DNA of 63,298 nucleotides, counting the filler, from Asterionella formosa (taxonomy: Eukaryota), in NCBI GenBank assembly GCA_002256025.1. It is 15 parts of 15 records of this genome, joined end to end, with 100 filler letters (N's around TTAATTAATTAA, not from the genome) between each part and the next. Parts side by side here need not be neighbours in the genome. Positions count along the whole stretch, not along the records: positions 61,143 to 62,170 come from NKIB01004852.1; positions 62,271 to 63,298 come from NKIB01004853.1; 13 more parts are not named here. The stretch is one strand, 5' to 3'. The notes under the pieces are model-generated. The model had not been told where the DNA came from and searched no databases. It was given only the letters and a program-made list of their open reading frames with translations. A program made the position numbers and the translations under genes. Shown here in pieces: positions 61,441 through 63,298 of the stretch (within the stretch, counting starts at the first letter, position 1; each line of letters begins with the position of its first letter).

Positions 61441-62270
61441 TTTGAGAAGGCATCGGCTCATTGCTACAAGGCTTGAAGGAAGAGGCGGAGACTTCCGGTC
61501 TCACCATCAAAGTTGTGATTGAGCTTCACCATTGTAGACTTTTACACTTTCATCCTTCATTGGAGTTGTAATCTACTAGATCAGGAAGTGTGAAGACAAA
61601 GGCCGCATGGGCGTTGGGAACTTGAGCCATGATAGGATCAAGACTGCAAAGTTAAAGAGATCATTGGAGCACGATAGACGAAAATCTACCAATAAGACAG
61701 TTCACTAAATGAATAAGTCTAGTAGTTTCAAAAAATATTCTTATAATCATTAATCTACGTTCAAATAACCACACAAACCCCTCCACTCATTTGCCAACAA
61801 ACAGCAAGATGCAACGCCCCGCCAGAACATTCAAATATACCTGAATACTCAATGAAACGTCGCCTAAATGCTTTCTAGTATCGATATAGGGATCTTCATG
61901 TTATAATCGTCATAGCGAGAACCAAACAAACTATCAAAAAATGGAGAGGACGACTCAGATCTACTGGAAGGTCCAGTAAAACACGTTTTTATCTTCATTG
62001 AAAGATTTAGCTAAATATCTCGATTGTTGGACCTTCCTCGTCTGCAAAACAAATCCTGCAGGAAGGAGTTGGCTTACAAATCGAATCTGCAAATCAAAAG
62101 CAACGGAAACCCGGAACCCCATCAGTTACTTTAATACCACAGTCGAACGAGGATATGTATGTATGGTACCNNNNNNNNNNNNNNNNNNNNNNNNNNNNNN
62201 NNNNNNNNNNNNNNTTAATTAATTAANNNNNNNNNNNNNNNNNNNNNNNNNNNNNNNNNNNNNNNNNNNN

Positions 62271-63298
62271 GAAGAGCAAGATCGACCCTATGTTATTTAT
62301 GCACCGGAACAAGGATGGACAAATTGATGGTCTACTTGTTAATTACGTGGATGACGGTATTGTATGTGGGACTCCAAGTGCAGTGGAGTATATGAAAAAT
62401 GTTATCAAGGAAGATAATTTTGCGGACATTATGACCAAGAACGTGAAGGAACAGATTCATACGAGATTGTCTGAATCAGTTCAGAGTGGAACGATGTTAC
62501 AGCCTCTTGAGCGTGGCAATGGGGAGGATGTCAAGAATATTAGCCCGAGTCACAAGGATTGTGGACTCGATTGTAATCGAACGAGTCGAATATTGCATTG
62601 CCACGTCAATCAGCTGTCTAACGAGATCAGAGATTGAAGATTTCTATGGAAATGTTAAGTGGAAACTCGAAGAGAGTCTTAGAATGACTTTGCAGGAAGC
62701 AAAGATGCATGGAAAGGAAACATTTAGTTTAGCTTATAATTTAATTTGAGATTTAGATTATCAACCGAGGAAACAGTGTGTTAATTGACAGGAAGGTCAA
62801 TTAGTCTATCTAGCAGGAAGGCTAGAAGCAGAGACAAGAGAGAAAGTGAGTGGTACTAGGTAGTACTACGATCACGTAAGAGTCTACGTGAAGAGAGACC
62901 CAACCCGCGGGAAGGAGTACGGACCATTTCAACACGCTTTAAAGCGGATAGGTTTGAAAGGGTACTCAAGATGGGAATTGACGACGAATCGTCAGGAGTG
63001 CGGTTGCCAACATTTGATGGTACCGATGCCAAGTGGCATGTTTGGAAAGCGAAGTTTGTGGCCTATGCCTGCTACAAAGGTTTTGAAGGAATCCTAAGTG
63101 GAGATGAAGTATCACCAGGTGAGAGAGATTCAGCTGGTATGAAGATTGTTCCGAGCGACAATGATGAGAAACGTGCGAAACGAAATAATACGGTTGCCTA
63201 TGCAAGTTTGATTATGGCATGTCAGAGTGGACCATTTGGATACGTAAATGGTGCCAGAAGTGAAGAGTTCCCCAATGGAAATGCGAAGGAAGCGTGGG
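62271..63298 (+). mobile_element. Ty1/copia pieces in the order deleted pol end - PPT - LTR - gag start
   Basis: LLVNYVDDGIVCG is fused to the RNase H tail EDNFADIMTKN. PPT GGGGAGGA, then TGTCAAG at 62529. Probable LTR end TTCAACA at 62934. Gag ORF from ATG 62971 (LPTFDGTDAKWHVWKAKF...AYASLIMAC...GNAKEAW) runs off the window. Confidence 0.88.

Overview
Eukaryotic nuclear DNA from a photosynthetic stramenopile, almost certainly a diatom (bipartite signal + 'AF' plastid presequences, short GT-AG introns, VDE-ZEP pair, CoDi-like copia elements). The window is not contiguous. It holds 15 contigs in decreasing length (three of about 16.5 kb, twelve of 1028-1029 bp) joined by 100-nt N44-TTAATTAATTAA-N44 spacers, so adjacency across spacers means nothing. 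Contig 1: head-to-head xanthophyll-cycle genes (VDE, ZEP3-type) around a GGTACC-dense spacer, then decayed transposon-rich DNA. That DNA includes a 2.87-kb TA-flanked TIR element carrying LRR fragments; removing it restores the interrupted host reading frame. Contig 2: TRF4-like nucleotidyltransferase, PUM3/Puf6, ACL4-like TPR protein, and a three-exon GH161 beta-1,3-glucan phosphorylase with an N-terminal membrane anchor visible only after splicing. Contig 3: TRM10-like, BRO1, a two-exon unknown gene, a 1.33-kb CACT element with 3-bp TSD, NAT8-like GNAT, gamma-glutamyl hydrolase and a copia 3' half. Small contigs: an all-cysteine Rieske-like plastid protein, an LRR protein, a CENP-O-like protein and a pol-LTR-gag copia junction. 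No rRNA, tRNA or CRISPR seen. All family calls come from motif recognition by eye, not database searches. I cannot claim a new multi-gene system; the best leads are listed as findings.
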